Assembly: GCA_022823105.1 (NCBI GenBank)
Contig: JAJDXU010000234.1
Coordinates: 1-48,785 of the forward strand
Direction: 5' to 3'
Source: Dehalococcoidia bacterium
Lineage (GTDB): Bacteria; Chloroflexota; Dehalococcoidia; Lucifugimonadales; UBA3495
Length of the DNA stretch: 48,785 bases
Within the stretch, counting starts at the first letter, position 1. Every line of letters starts with the position of its first letter. Under the pieces are notes generated by a model that was given only the letters and a program-made list of their open reading frames with translations, ran no database searches and was not told the origin of the DNA. This document shows, one piece after another, positions 1-7,623 of this stretch. A program made the translations under genes and the position numbers.

Positions 1-1025
1 CCCACGATGGCCGAACCGCGCTGGTGCGCCGACGCCACCGCCTGCGACAACCCTTGCCGTTCCATCCACAGCAGGTCGGGAATCGTCGTCTTGCTGCCGG
101 GCAGTATCACCAGGTCGGGGCTGCCCAGCCGGTCGCCGTGCTGAACGTAGCGCAGGTTCACGCCCGGCTCGCGGGCCAGCGGGTCGAAGTCGTCGAAGTT
201 GGAGATGTGAGGCACCTGCACCACCGCCACGTCCAGCACCGCCGTTGCCGTGGACGCCGGCGGCGTGATGTCCAGCGCGACCGAGTCCTCCTCGGGAATG
301 TGGATGTCCCGGTAGTGGTGTACGACACCCACCACGGGCTTGTTGGTGTAGTCCTCCAGCCACGTCAACCCGTCGGTGAGCAGACCCACGTCGCCGCGAA
401 ACTTGTTGATCAGCAGGCCCTTGACCGCCGCGCGCTCCGCGTCGTCCAGCAGTTGCAGCGTGCCCACCAGCGACGCGAACACGCCGCCCCGGTCGATGTC
501 GCCGCACAGCAGCACCGGCGCGTCGGCGTGCAGCGCGACCCGCATGTTCACGATCTCGGTGGCTTTCAGGTTGATCTCGGCGGGGCTGCCCGCGCCCTCG
601 ATCACCACCACGTCGTGCTCCCGCCGCAGGGTGTCCAGCGACTTCGCCACCGACTCCCACAGCGTGGCCTTCATTTCGAAGTAGTCGCGGGCGCGGGCGG
701 ACATCCACGGCCGGCCCATCAACACCACCTGGGCGTGGCTGTCGGCCTCCGGTTTGAGCAGCACGGGATTCATCTCGGCCCGCGCCTCCACGCCAGCGGC
801 CTCGGCCTGCACCGCCTGGGCCCGTCCGATCTCCGCGCCGTCGGGCGTCACGTACGAGTTGTTGGACATGTTCTGCGCCTTGAAAGGGGCGACTCGCAAC
901 CCGTCCTGGCGAAAAATCCGGCACAGCGCGGACACCAGCACGCTCTTGCCCACGTGCGACGCGGTGCCCTGCACCATCAGCACCCGCCCCAGCGGCGCAT
1001 TACTTCCATTTCCGGCAATTGTCAT
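1..1025 (-). CDS. cobQ: cobyric acid synthase CobQ/CbiP, N-terminal ~341 codons (3' end lies beyond the left window edge)
   Basis: Absent from the ORF track because it has no stop in the window. Reverse-strand translation from the ATG at 1025-1023 (GGAGG about 8 nt upstream) gives MTIAGNGSNAPLGRVLMVQGTASHVGKSVLVSALCRIFRQDGLRVAPFKAQNMSNNSYV...VIEGAGSPAEINL...GDIDRGGVFASL...LINKFRGD, all CobQ hallmarks. The tracked + ORF 24..1046 is its antisense shadow. Confidence 0.9.
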   Translation of the reverse strand, partial: MTIAGNGSNAPLGRVLMVQGTASHVGKSVLVSALCRIFRQDGLRVAPFKAQNMSNNSYVTPDGAEIGRAQAVQAEAAGVEARAEMNPVLLKPEADSHAQVVLMGRPWMSARARDYFEMKATLWESVAKSLDTLRREHDVVVIEGAGSPAEINLKATEIVNMRVALHADAPVLLCGDIDRGGVFASLVGTLQLLDDAERAAVKGLLINKFRGDVGLLTDGLTWLEDYTNKPVVGVVHHYRDIHIPEEDSVALDITPPASTATAVLDVAVVQVPHISNFDDFDPLAREPGVNLRYVQHGDRLGSPDLVILPGSKTTIPDLLWMERQGLSQAVASAHQRGSAIV

Positions 1026-1110
1026 CACCAACCTCCGCCGGAATGATACCGCATTTGTAGGGCGATGGACTCGTGGACGCGGTCCTCTTGCGATACCGAC
1101 TGAATCCCTT

Positions 1111-1119
1111 TGCTATACT
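1111..1119 (+). promoter_or_regulatory. extended -10 element TGCTATACT
   Basis: TGnTATACT lies 26 nt upstream of the ATG at 1145. The same 9-mer type recurs at 14790-14798 (minus strand) and 38681-38689. Confidence 0.4.
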
Positions 1120-1144
1120 CGAATCACCGCGAGGGAACATCAAC

Positions 1145-1503
1145 ATGTCAACTGATTCATACCGGCAGGGCGCGTTCGAACTGCTGCAAAAAGCCCGAGA
1201 CGAACTGGGCGCTGGCGACGTCCGCCAGGCTTCCGAAAAAGGCTGGGGCGCAACGGCGCAGATGCTCAAGGCCATTCCCAGAAGGATGGAATCCCGCACC
1301 ACAGCCACGCGGCCCTCGCGCGCATTGCAAGCGACGTGCACCGGCAAACGGGAGAGGAAAACATCGCCACCTGGTTTGCCGTCGCCCAGAACCTGCACGT
1401 CAACTTCTACGAGGACAATCTCTCCCCGGAGTTCGTCAGAATCTACCTCAACCAGATGACACTGATGGTCAGTCGCCTGGAACGCTATCTCACCGAGGCC
1501 TGA
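1145..1503 (+). pseudogene. PaREP1-like small helical protein, split by a 1-nt frameshift in a CCC run (1277-1279)
   Basis: Frame 2 from ATG 1145 reads MSTDSYRQGAFELLQKARDELGAGDVRQASEKGWGATAQMLKAIP, then turns to Arg/Thr/Ser-rich junk. Frame 1 from 1279 reads QKDGIPHHSHAALARIASDVHRQTGEENIATWFAVAQNLHVNFYEDNLSPEFVRIYLNQMTLMVSRLERYLTEA and stops at 1501-1503. One extra C would join the two parts. It resembles the pair at 32681-33446 (LHxxFYxxNL motif). Confidence 0.55.
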
Positions 1504-1582
1504 GAGCAAACCCTCTGGTTGGACGTGCAAGAGGGAGAAACAGGCTTCGCGCATATTCCCTCGGATACGCAATCGTCCTCGC

Positions 1583-1591
1583 TGATATAAT
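1583..1591 (+). promoter_or_regulatory. extended -10 element TGATATAAT
   Basis: Perfect TATAAT preceded by TGn, 40 nt upstream of the ATG at 1631. Confidence 0.45.
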
Positions 1592-1630
1592 GCGATTCAC
1601 AATCTGCCCTGCCAATCCGCCAGGTGCGCT

Positions 1631-2365
1631 ATGACTACCAACGCCGGCAAACCCGTTGTTACGGCATTACCATATGCCCCGGAATCCTTCGTGTTCCCGG
1701 ACCCGCCGGAGAACCCAGATGACAAGATGACCGCGTTCAAGCAACTGGCTCCCAACGGTAACGTTCATCATCTCGTTCAGCACCTGGGCAATCCCGATAC
1801 CACCCTGGTTTCCGGCGAACTCTACATCACCCCGATACCGACCCGGGACCTCACCGGGGTGCATTACCCCGACCTGCTGATTGCCTTTGACGTGGACCCG
1901 GCGGCCTACTACCGGAGCAACGCATACGTGATTTCGGAGCAGCGTAAGCCGCCGGATTTCGTGCTGGAAATCGCGTCCCGGTCGTCCGGGCGCATTGACA
2001 CCGAGACGAAGCGTGAGGCGTATGCGGCGCTGCTGATACCCGAGTACTGGCGATTTGACGAGACCGGACGCTACCATCGGACGCGGTTGGCCGGGGATCG
2101 TCTTGAGGGGGATGTGTACGCACCAATACACATTGAACAGTTGGCTGAGGACGTGTTGCAAGGATACAGTCCGGCATTGAACCTGCTGTTGCGGTGGGAG
2201 CGCGGCGTATTGAAATGGCACGACCCGGACACGGAGCGGCATATCGTGACCTTTGACGATCTGCAAGAGCACCTTGACCGGGAGACAGCAGGCCGTCTCC
2301 ACGCCGAGGCCCGCGTGCGGGAGCTGGAAGCCGAACTGCGCCGCCTGCGGAACCCGTCGGCATAA
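1631..2365 (+). CDS. Uma2 family endonuclease (DUF820, PD-(D/E)xK fold) with C-terminal coiled coil
   Basis: PDFVLEIASRSSGRIDTETKREAYAALLIPEYWRFDETG is the Uma2 core. The C-terminal tail is EARVRELEAELRRLR. Paralog of 5175..5900. Confidence 0.85.
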   Translation: MTTNAGKPVVTALPYAPESFVFPDPPENPDDKMTAFKQLAPNGNVHHLVQHLGNPDTTLVSGELYITPIPTRDLTGVHYPDLLIAFDVDPAAYYRSNAYVISEQRKPPDFVLEIASRSSGRIDTETKREAYAALLIPEYWRFDETGRYHRTRLAGDRLEGDVYAPIHIEQLAEDVLQGYSPALNLLLRWERGVLKWHDPDTERHIVTFDDLQEHLDRETAGRLHAEARVRELEAELRRLRNPSA

Positions 2366-2387
2366 ACGAAATCTGACCGGCCTCCAC

Positions 2388-2468
2388 TCACTCCAGCCGG
2401 CGGATGCGCGGCAGGCTCACTCCAGTCACCACGTTCAGCCCAGCCCCGTTGATCGTCAACCCGTCGGC
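2388..2468 (-). pseudogene. remnant of an MFS-transporter 3' end (last ~25 codons plus stop)
   Basis: Reverse translation gives ADGLTINGAGLNVVTGVSLPRIRRLE*. The intact MFS gene ends ...LLINGAVLAGLNVVTGVGLPRIRRLE* at 3798. Nucleotide identity is roughly 80% by eye, with a 2-3 codon gap. Confidence 0.55.
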
Positions 2469-2479
2469 CCGTCGCGTAT

Positions 2480-3796
2480 CTATTGCGCGCCGGAGACATC
2501 TCTCTCCGGTTCAAATACCAGCGCGCCATCATCCAACGTGATGATTACCAGCCGTTCTCCGAACACGGTATAACGTTCCGAGGTCGGCAGCACATCCAGA
2601 TACCGCTGCTGCTTGGGCGAAAGGCTCGCTCCGTCGTCGCATGAATTCTCAACGACCTGGGCGGTGGCGATGGAGATTGTTTCATCCGCTCCTACCAATC
2701 GCGTCCCGTCTTGTCCAACTGCTCGGTACGTGCACGAGTTTTGTCCAAGCGACCCCTCGATGGATCCTATATCAAACATGGCGGTTATCTTCTCACCAGG
2801 AGTCACGTCGGATTTTTCCGACAACCTCGTCCCTGAACTATCCGTCCGGGGATTCAGAAATCGTATCAACCGCCACCGTTTGTTGAATATGTCCCCGGCC
2901 GGCTGGGGCAGCGATTCGAACGTCAAAGTCTTGCCCCGGCTGGTGCGCACGACCAACCTTTGAGATCCGTCCGTTTCCGCTATCGCATACTCATCCGCCC
3001 ATCCGAAGTCCTCTACATACTGGTGTTCTTGATAGATTGCGTCCTGCGTGCATGGTTCTACAGAGCCTGACATACCCTTGTAATGACTCCGGATTCTTCC
3101 CGCAGACACTGCGTAGCCCACAGTGTAGTCGCGGCAGACGGTGGTTCCGGTGGCCAATCGTGAATTCAGGAACAATAGCGTCGTATCTCCTTCACTATAG
3201 ATCCCCTCTTCGTCCACCAGCCGCCAACTGGTGCCCACCGGATCCTTGGGCTGCCCCGCCAATGGCTGTTCCCGAACGAACACCAGCACGACCTCTCCCG
3301 AACCATCGAGCACATGCAGGCGGTCATCGACGACGCGAGCCTTGGCGTCCTGTTTCATAGCATCCAGGTAGCGGTCTGCCTGATCGAGAATCCCGGGTGG
3401 AGTCACGCAGCCTTGCAAGGTTGTAGCTATTGGGGGCAACGAGATAGTTCCATCTCGTTCAATGATCGGTTGCCCGGATTCATGCCGGCCGCCGAAATCA
3501 TTGCAGCCATCGAACCCGGCAAACCACGGCTCGTTGAACGTCAACGTCAGGTGCGTTCCCGCGATCGGCGGTTGCCCGTCGATGGACGCCAGGATCCAGA
3601 TCGCGCCTTCAATTGGCAGTCTGGTGGGAGTCGGCTCCGGCGCGACGGTAGCGGTGGGAGTTTCCAACTGCGGTGTGGGTTGCGGCCCGGCACAGGCTAT
3701 GCAGACAACCAACATCGCCACAATTGCCGGTACCACCGTCGGCAGTGCCGCTCGGGTAATTTTCTCTGGCCCGAGTTTGCATACCCAGTTGCTCAT
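2480..3796 (-). CDS. secreted/lipoprotein with three META (HslJ-like) domains
   Basis: N-terminal TM/signal segment AIVAMLVVCIACAG. Three repeats of the W-x-L...G-C-N/R...C pattern: WILASIDGQP..FAGFDGCNDFGG..LQGC; WRLVDEEG..TVCRDYTVGY..EPC; WRLIRFLN..QNSCTYRAVG..ENSC. Confidence 0.8.
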   Translation of the reverse strand: MSNWVCKLGPEKITRAALPTVVPAIVAMLVVCIACAGPQPTPQLETPTATVAPEPTPTRLPIEGAIWILASIDGQPPIAGTHLTLTFNEPWFAGFDGCNDFGGRHESGQPIIERDGTISLPPIATTLQGCVTPPGILDQADRYLDAMKQDAKARVVDDRLHVLDGSGEVVLVFVREQPLAGQPKDPVGTSWRLVDEEGIYSEGDTTLLFLNSRLATGTTVCRDYTVGYAVSAGRIRSHYKGMSGSVEPCTQDAIYQEHQYVEDFGWADEYAIAETDGSQRLVVRTSRGKTLTFESLPQPAGDIFNKRWRLIRFLNPRTDSSGTRLSEKSDVTPGEKITAMFDIGSIEGSLGQNSCTYRAVGQDGTRLVGADETISIATAQVVENSCDDGASLSPKQQRYLDVLPTSERYTVFGERLVIITLDDGALVFEPERDVSGAQ

Positions 3797-3797
3797 T

Positions 3798-5030
3798 TCA
3801 CTCCAAGCGGCGGATGCGCGGCAACCCCACTCCCGTTACCACGTTCAGGCCGGCCAGCACGGCCCCGTTGATCAGCAGGGCCGCCGGCGCACCCACCGCT
3901 CCGGCCAGCGCGCCGACCCCGACGTGGCCCACCGGCGCGAAACCGACGCTCAGCACCCACGTGCCCATGGCGCGGCCCCGCTCCTCGTCGGGCACCAGGT
4001 CCTGCATCAGCGCCTTGTAGAGTGTGTCCACCGCCATGGCGCAGGCGTTGACGAACAGCAGCACAACTATGAACGTGTAGATGTTGGTGGTAAGTGAAAA
4101 CGCCATCAGGCCCACGCCGAACCCGATGGCAGTGGCAAACGTCAGCAGTCCCTTGCGCCGCGTGGTGCCCAGGCCGGCCAGCAACCACAAGCCCAGCAGC
4201 CCGCCGGCCTGTCGTCCCGCCGTCATGATGCCCAGGCCGGTGGGGCCGACGCGGAGCACCTCCTTGGCGAACACCGGCAGGAGCGTCATGTGAGTGAACC
4301 CCAGCACCTCGGTCGTTGCCGTCAGCACCATCAGCACCAACATGAGGCGGTGCTCGCGCATCAGGCGGGCGTACCCGACCAGGTTCTGCAGCACCGACTC
4401 CGCCGACGTGCGCAGCGTGCGCCCCGGATTGGCGATTGCCAGGGTCGCCGCCGCCGACAGCAGGTAGGCGCCCGCCGACGCCAGGAACTGCCAGCCCGGA
4501 CCCACGAACTCGATCACCGCGCCCGACACCAGCGATCCCACGATGCCGCCGCCCTGCATCGCCATCGCGCCCAGCGCCAGCCCGTTGAGCGCGTGACCCG
4601 ACCCCACGATGTCGTAGGTGAAGGTCTGGCGCACCGTGATGGTGAACGCCATCGCGCTGCCCAACGCCAGCACCAGCGCGATGATGACCCACTCGTTGGC
4701 CAGTCCCCACAGCAGCAGCAGCGCCATCACGAACGCTGCTGCCGCCGCTCCCACAGTGCCGATGCGCAACAGCGTGCGCCGATCCCACCGGTCGGCGATG
4801 GCGCCCGACAGCATGCCCAGCACGAAGAAGGGCAGCATCCGCGCGGCCGCGCCCACGCCCACCATGAACTCCGACCCCGTCAGCTCGAAGATCAGCCACC
4901 CCACCGACACCTGCTCCATCCCCGTGGCCAGGGAGTAGAAGAGCGTGGATAGCCAGAGCAGGCGAAAATCCCTGAAGCGCAGCGAGGCCGCCCAATTCCC
5001 GATAACCGTCACGATTGGCGGATGATACAC
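3798..5030 (-). CDS. MFS transporter
   Basis: 12-TM-type hydrophobic profile. N-terminus is LRFRDFRLLWLSTLFYSLATGMEQVSVGWLIFELTGS, and SGAIADRWDRR is an MFS motif-A-like loop. Its stop lies 1 nt from the META gene start. Confidence 0.85.
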   Translation of the reverse strand: MYHPPIVTVIGNWAASLRFRDFRLLWLSTLFYSLATGMEQVSVGWLIFELTGSEFMVGVGAAARMLPFFVLGMLSGAIADRWDRRTLLRIGTVGAAAAAFVMALLLLWGLANEWVIIALVLALGSAMAFTITVRQTFTYDIVGSGHALNGLALGAMAMQGGGIVGSLVSGAVIEFVGPGWQFLASAGAYLLSAAATLAIANPGRTLRTSAESVLQNLVGYARLMREHRLMLVLMVLTATTEVLGFTHMTLLPVFAKEVLRVGPTGLGIMTAGRQAGGLLGLWLLAGLGTTRRKGLLTFATAIGFGVGLMAFSLTTNIYTFIVVLLFVNACAMAVDTLYKALMQDLVPDEERGRAMGTWVLSVGFAPVGHVGVGALAGAVGAPAALLINGAVLAGLNVVTGVGLPRIRRLE

Positions 5031-5109
5031 CCGCGGCCGCGCAATCGCGCCGTTCAGGACACGCCATTTCCAGTGGTATCATTGCGCCCGAGGATCCTGC
5101 CCGGTTCGG

Positions 5110-5115
5110 TATAAT
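5110..5115 (+). promoter_or_regulatory. -10 box TATAAT
   Basis: Perfect TATAAT 60 nt upstream of the ATG at 5175. Confidence 0.35.
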
Positions 5116-5174
5116 CCGATGCACGGGCCCGCTCGGCTGTAATCCGCCCCTACGCTGGCCCCAGAGGTTTCAGC

Positions 5175-5900
5175 ATGACCACCAAAACGCCAACATCCGC
5201 GAGCCGCTACCGACTGCCGGACCCGCCCGAACGCCTGCCCGAAGAAATGACCGCCTTCAAGCACTTGACCACCACCGGCAGCGCGTACCTGCTGGTCCAG
5301 CACCTCGGAAATCCGGAAACCACACTGGTCGGCGGCGAGCTTTACATGAGCCCGGTACCGACTACTGACATCACCGGTTTGCGTTTCCCAGATCTGCTGG
5401 TCGCCTTCGGCGTGGACCCGGAAGCGTACTACGAAAGCAACGCATACATCGTCTCGGAACAGGGGAAGCCGCCGGACTTCGTGCTGGAAATCGCGTCCCG
5501 CAGCACGGGCCGAATCGACGTGGTCGACAAGCGCGAGCACTACGCGGACCTGGGCATACCTGAGTACTGGCGCTTTGACGAAACGGGCGAATTCCACGGG
5601 GCGCGGCTGGCCGGCGACCGGCTGATCGATGGCCGGTACGAGGCATTGCCCATCCAGGAACTGCCGGATGGCGTGCTGCAAGGGTACAGCGCAGTCCTGA
5701 ACCTCAACCTCCGCTGGAATAGCGGCCGCCTCGAATGGTACGACCCCGACACCGGACTCCACATCGCCACACTGGAAGATGAACGATCCGCCCGAGTCCA
5801 AGCGGAAGCCCGCGCCACGAGCGCCGAAACCCGAGCTGAGAGCGCCGAAACCCGGGTGCGAGAACTGGAAGAGGAAATCAGGCGCCTCCGCGGTTCATAG
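5175..5900 (+). CDS. Uma2 family endonuclease (DUF820), paralog of 1631..2365
   Basis: PDFVLEIASRSTGRIDVVDKREHYADLGIPEYWRFDETG. Collinear with the first copy over the whole length (roughly two-thirds identity by eye). C-terminal coiled coil ETRVRELEEEIRRLR. Confidence 0.85.
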   Translation: MTTKTPTSASRYRLPDPPERLPEEMTAFKHLTTTGSAYLLVQHLGNPETTLVGGELYMSPVPTTDITGLRFPDLLVAFGVDPEAYYESNAYIVSEQGKPPDFVLEIASRSTGRIDVVDKREHYADLGIPEYWRFDETGEFHGARLAGDRLIDGRYEALPIQELPDGVLQGYSAVLNLNLRWNSGRLEWYDPDTGLHIATLEDERSARVQAEARATSAETRAESAETRVRELEEEIRRLRGS

Positions 5901-5908
5901 CAGTCTGG

Positions 5909-5958
5909 CCACTCATGGTGCGGCACGTCCGCCTCCGGCGGGAGCCTGTCGAACCACG
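5909..5958. repeat. short interspersed repeat CCRCTCATGGTG...GAGCCTGTCGAACCACG (copy with 21-nt insert)
   Basis: Shares CC(A/G)CTCATGGTG and an identical 17-mer GAGCCTGTCGAACCACG with 16042-16069. This copy has an extra palindromic insert (CGGCACGTCCGCCTCCGGCGG). Confidence 0.6.
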
Positions 5959-6001
5959 GACACAACTCGCGCCCACGCCAACCTGATCAGGAGGTATCAA
6001 A

Positions 6002-7018
6002 ATGCCATTCGGAAACAATGACTGGCTGGCCCTGACCCAGGAAGACCCCATCGAACCCGAAATCCCCCTCTGCGACCCGCATCATCACTTCTGGGACGGC
6101 CGAATGGGGAGCGTCCCATACCAGCGCTACCTGCTGCATGAGTTGATGGCCGACCTCGAGTCCGGCCACAACGTCCGCTCCACGGTGTTCGTGGAAGCTC
6201 GCTCCATGTACCGCGCCGACGGCCCCGACGAGTTGAAACCCGTGGGCGAGGTGGAGTTCGTGCAGGGTCTGGCAGCCGCCAGCGCCAGCGGCACCTACGG
6301 CGAGGCCCGCGCCGCCGCCGCCATCGTCGGCCACGCTGACCTCAAGCTGGGCGACAACGTGGCGCCCGTGCTGGAGGCGTTGCAAGCCGCCAGTCCCAAC
6401 CGTTTCAAGGGCATCCGCCACAACGTGACCTGGAGCCCCGACCCGTCGATTGAGAATCGGGAAACGGAAGGCATCCTTGCCAACGAGACCTTCCGCGCCG
6501 GCGCCCGCGTTCTGGCGCGCATGGGCCTGTCGCTGGACATCATGCTGTCTTTCCCGCAACTCAACGAGGTGGCCGAGTTCGCCCGCGCCGTACCCGAGGT
6601 GACCATCATCCTCAACCACGTCGGCGGCGTGAGTCGCACCGGCATCTATGCCGGCAAGGACGACGAGGTCATTCCCGCCTGGCGCGAGGGCATCGCCGCC
6701 GTCGCCCAGAATCCCAACGTCGTCTGCAAGCTGGGCGGCCTGGGGATGCCGCGCTGGGGGTTCGGCTGGCACGGCCGCGACATCCCCATCGGCTCCGAGG
6801 AACTGGCCGAGGCCATGGCCCCGTGGATGAACTACTGCATCGAGCAGTTCGGCCCCGACCGCTGCATGTTCGAGAGCAACTTCCCGCCAGACAAGGTGTC
6901 ATTCTCGTACAACGTCATGTACAACGCCTTCAAGCGCATGTCGAGCGGCTACAGCCCCACTGAGCGCGCCAACCTGCTCCACGACACCGCCGTTCGCGCC
7001 TACCGCATCCAGACGTGA
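6002..7018 (+). CDS. amidohydrolase family protein (amidohydrolase_2 / metal-dependent lactonase-like)
   Basis: AGGAGG RBS. The LCDPHHHFWD motif near the N-terminus, then ILNHVGG, then the FESNFPPDK tail, are typical of PF04909-type TIM-barrel hydrolases. Confidence 0.85.
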   Translation: MPFGNNDWLALTQEDPIEPEIPLCDPHHHFWDGRMGSVPYQRYLLHELMADLESGHNVRSTVFVEARSMYRADGPDELKPVGEVEFVQGLAAASASGTYGEARAAAAIVGHADLKLGDNVAPVLEALQAASPNRFKGIRHNVTWSPDPSIENRETEGILANETFRAGARVLARMGLSLDIMLSFPQLNEVAEFARAVPEVTIILNHVGGVSRTGIYAGKDDEVIPAWREGIAAVAQNPNVVCKLGGLGMPRWGFGWHGRDIPIGSEELAEAMAPWMNYCIEQFGPDRCMFESNFPPDKVSFSYNVMYNAFKRMSSGYSPTERANLLHDTAVRAYRIQT

Positions 7019-7185
7019 CCAGGTATCCAGAACTCCTTCTCTCTGGAGCGAGGGGGTTGGAGTGTAAGTAAACCTTGATGGATAGCACTCAATGAAAGTG
7101 CCCATATCGGCATGGCATGCAAATGCAAATGACATGGATAGATGTTTGAACCTTCATCATTCGTGAGCAACGGCGTCGAGCTGTT

Positions 7186-7557
7186 TTGATACAATCACTG
7201 CATGGAGAGTTTACGCAGGTGGCTAACTCAAGACCGTTTGTTGAGGGCGTGGGAGTGATCCTGTACGGTATGACCGCGGTTGCTGTTGATCTGGGAGGTC
7301 AGACGATGTTTTATACGATAGCGGCAATCCTGAATTACGTACATGAAAGGAAGCAGGAACGGAATGCCAATGCAGTCCGTATTGTGAGCGAAAGCACCGA
7401 TTTGACCACTCAGGTGATCCGGGAGAATCCAACTTTGGCAGCCCAGGTTCTCAGGGAAAATCTTACGCTGACACCTCAGATGATCCGAGAGAATCCCGAG
7501 TTGGCAGCTCGGATACTCGAGCAGTTGGATCGCGAATCGACTGGGGAAGCTAAGTAG
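7186..7557 (+). CDS. hypothetical small protein with four 11-aa tandem repeats (start uncertain; best SD favours ATG 7306)
   Basis: Only plausible ORF in a lower-GC gap. GGGAGG lies 7 nt before ATG 7306 (MFYTIAAILNYVHERK...). No family recognised. Confidence 0.35.
   Translation: MIQSLHGEFTQVANSRPFVEGVGVILYGMTAVAVDLGGQTMFYTIAAILNYVHERKQERNANAVRIVSESTDLTTQVIRENPTLAAQVLRENLTLTPQMIRENPELAARILEQLDRESTGEAK
7399..7530 (+). repeat. 33-nt x4 in-frame tandem repeat
   Basis: The four units encode DLTTQVIRENP / TLAAQVLRENL / TLTPQMIRENP / ELAARILEQLD. Confidence 0.7.
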
Positions 7558-7623
7558 CCGCGATCCGTGGTATATGTTGGAAATAGACAGGCAAGGATCT
7601 AAACGCAGGCGGGTGGTTGACCA

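Noticed and set aside
24-1046. 340-aa + strand ORF (MRRRHRLRQPLPFHPQQ...)
   Set aside because: The composition is Arg/His/Gln/Val-rich and low-complexity. It is the antisense shadow of cobQ, whose minus-strand translation shows unmistakable CobQ motifs.
1026-1144. Possible cobalamin riboswitch upstream of cobQ
   Set aside because: Only about 120 nt are available, no B12-box-like sequence is recognisable, and the region also has to hold the divergent promoter of the PaREP1-like gene.
3793-5124. 443-aa minus-strand ORF overlapping the MFS gene in another frame
   Set aside because: The sequence is Gly/Arg/Ala/His junk with no hydrophobic periodicity. The alternative frame (3798..5030) is a clean 12-TM MFS protein.
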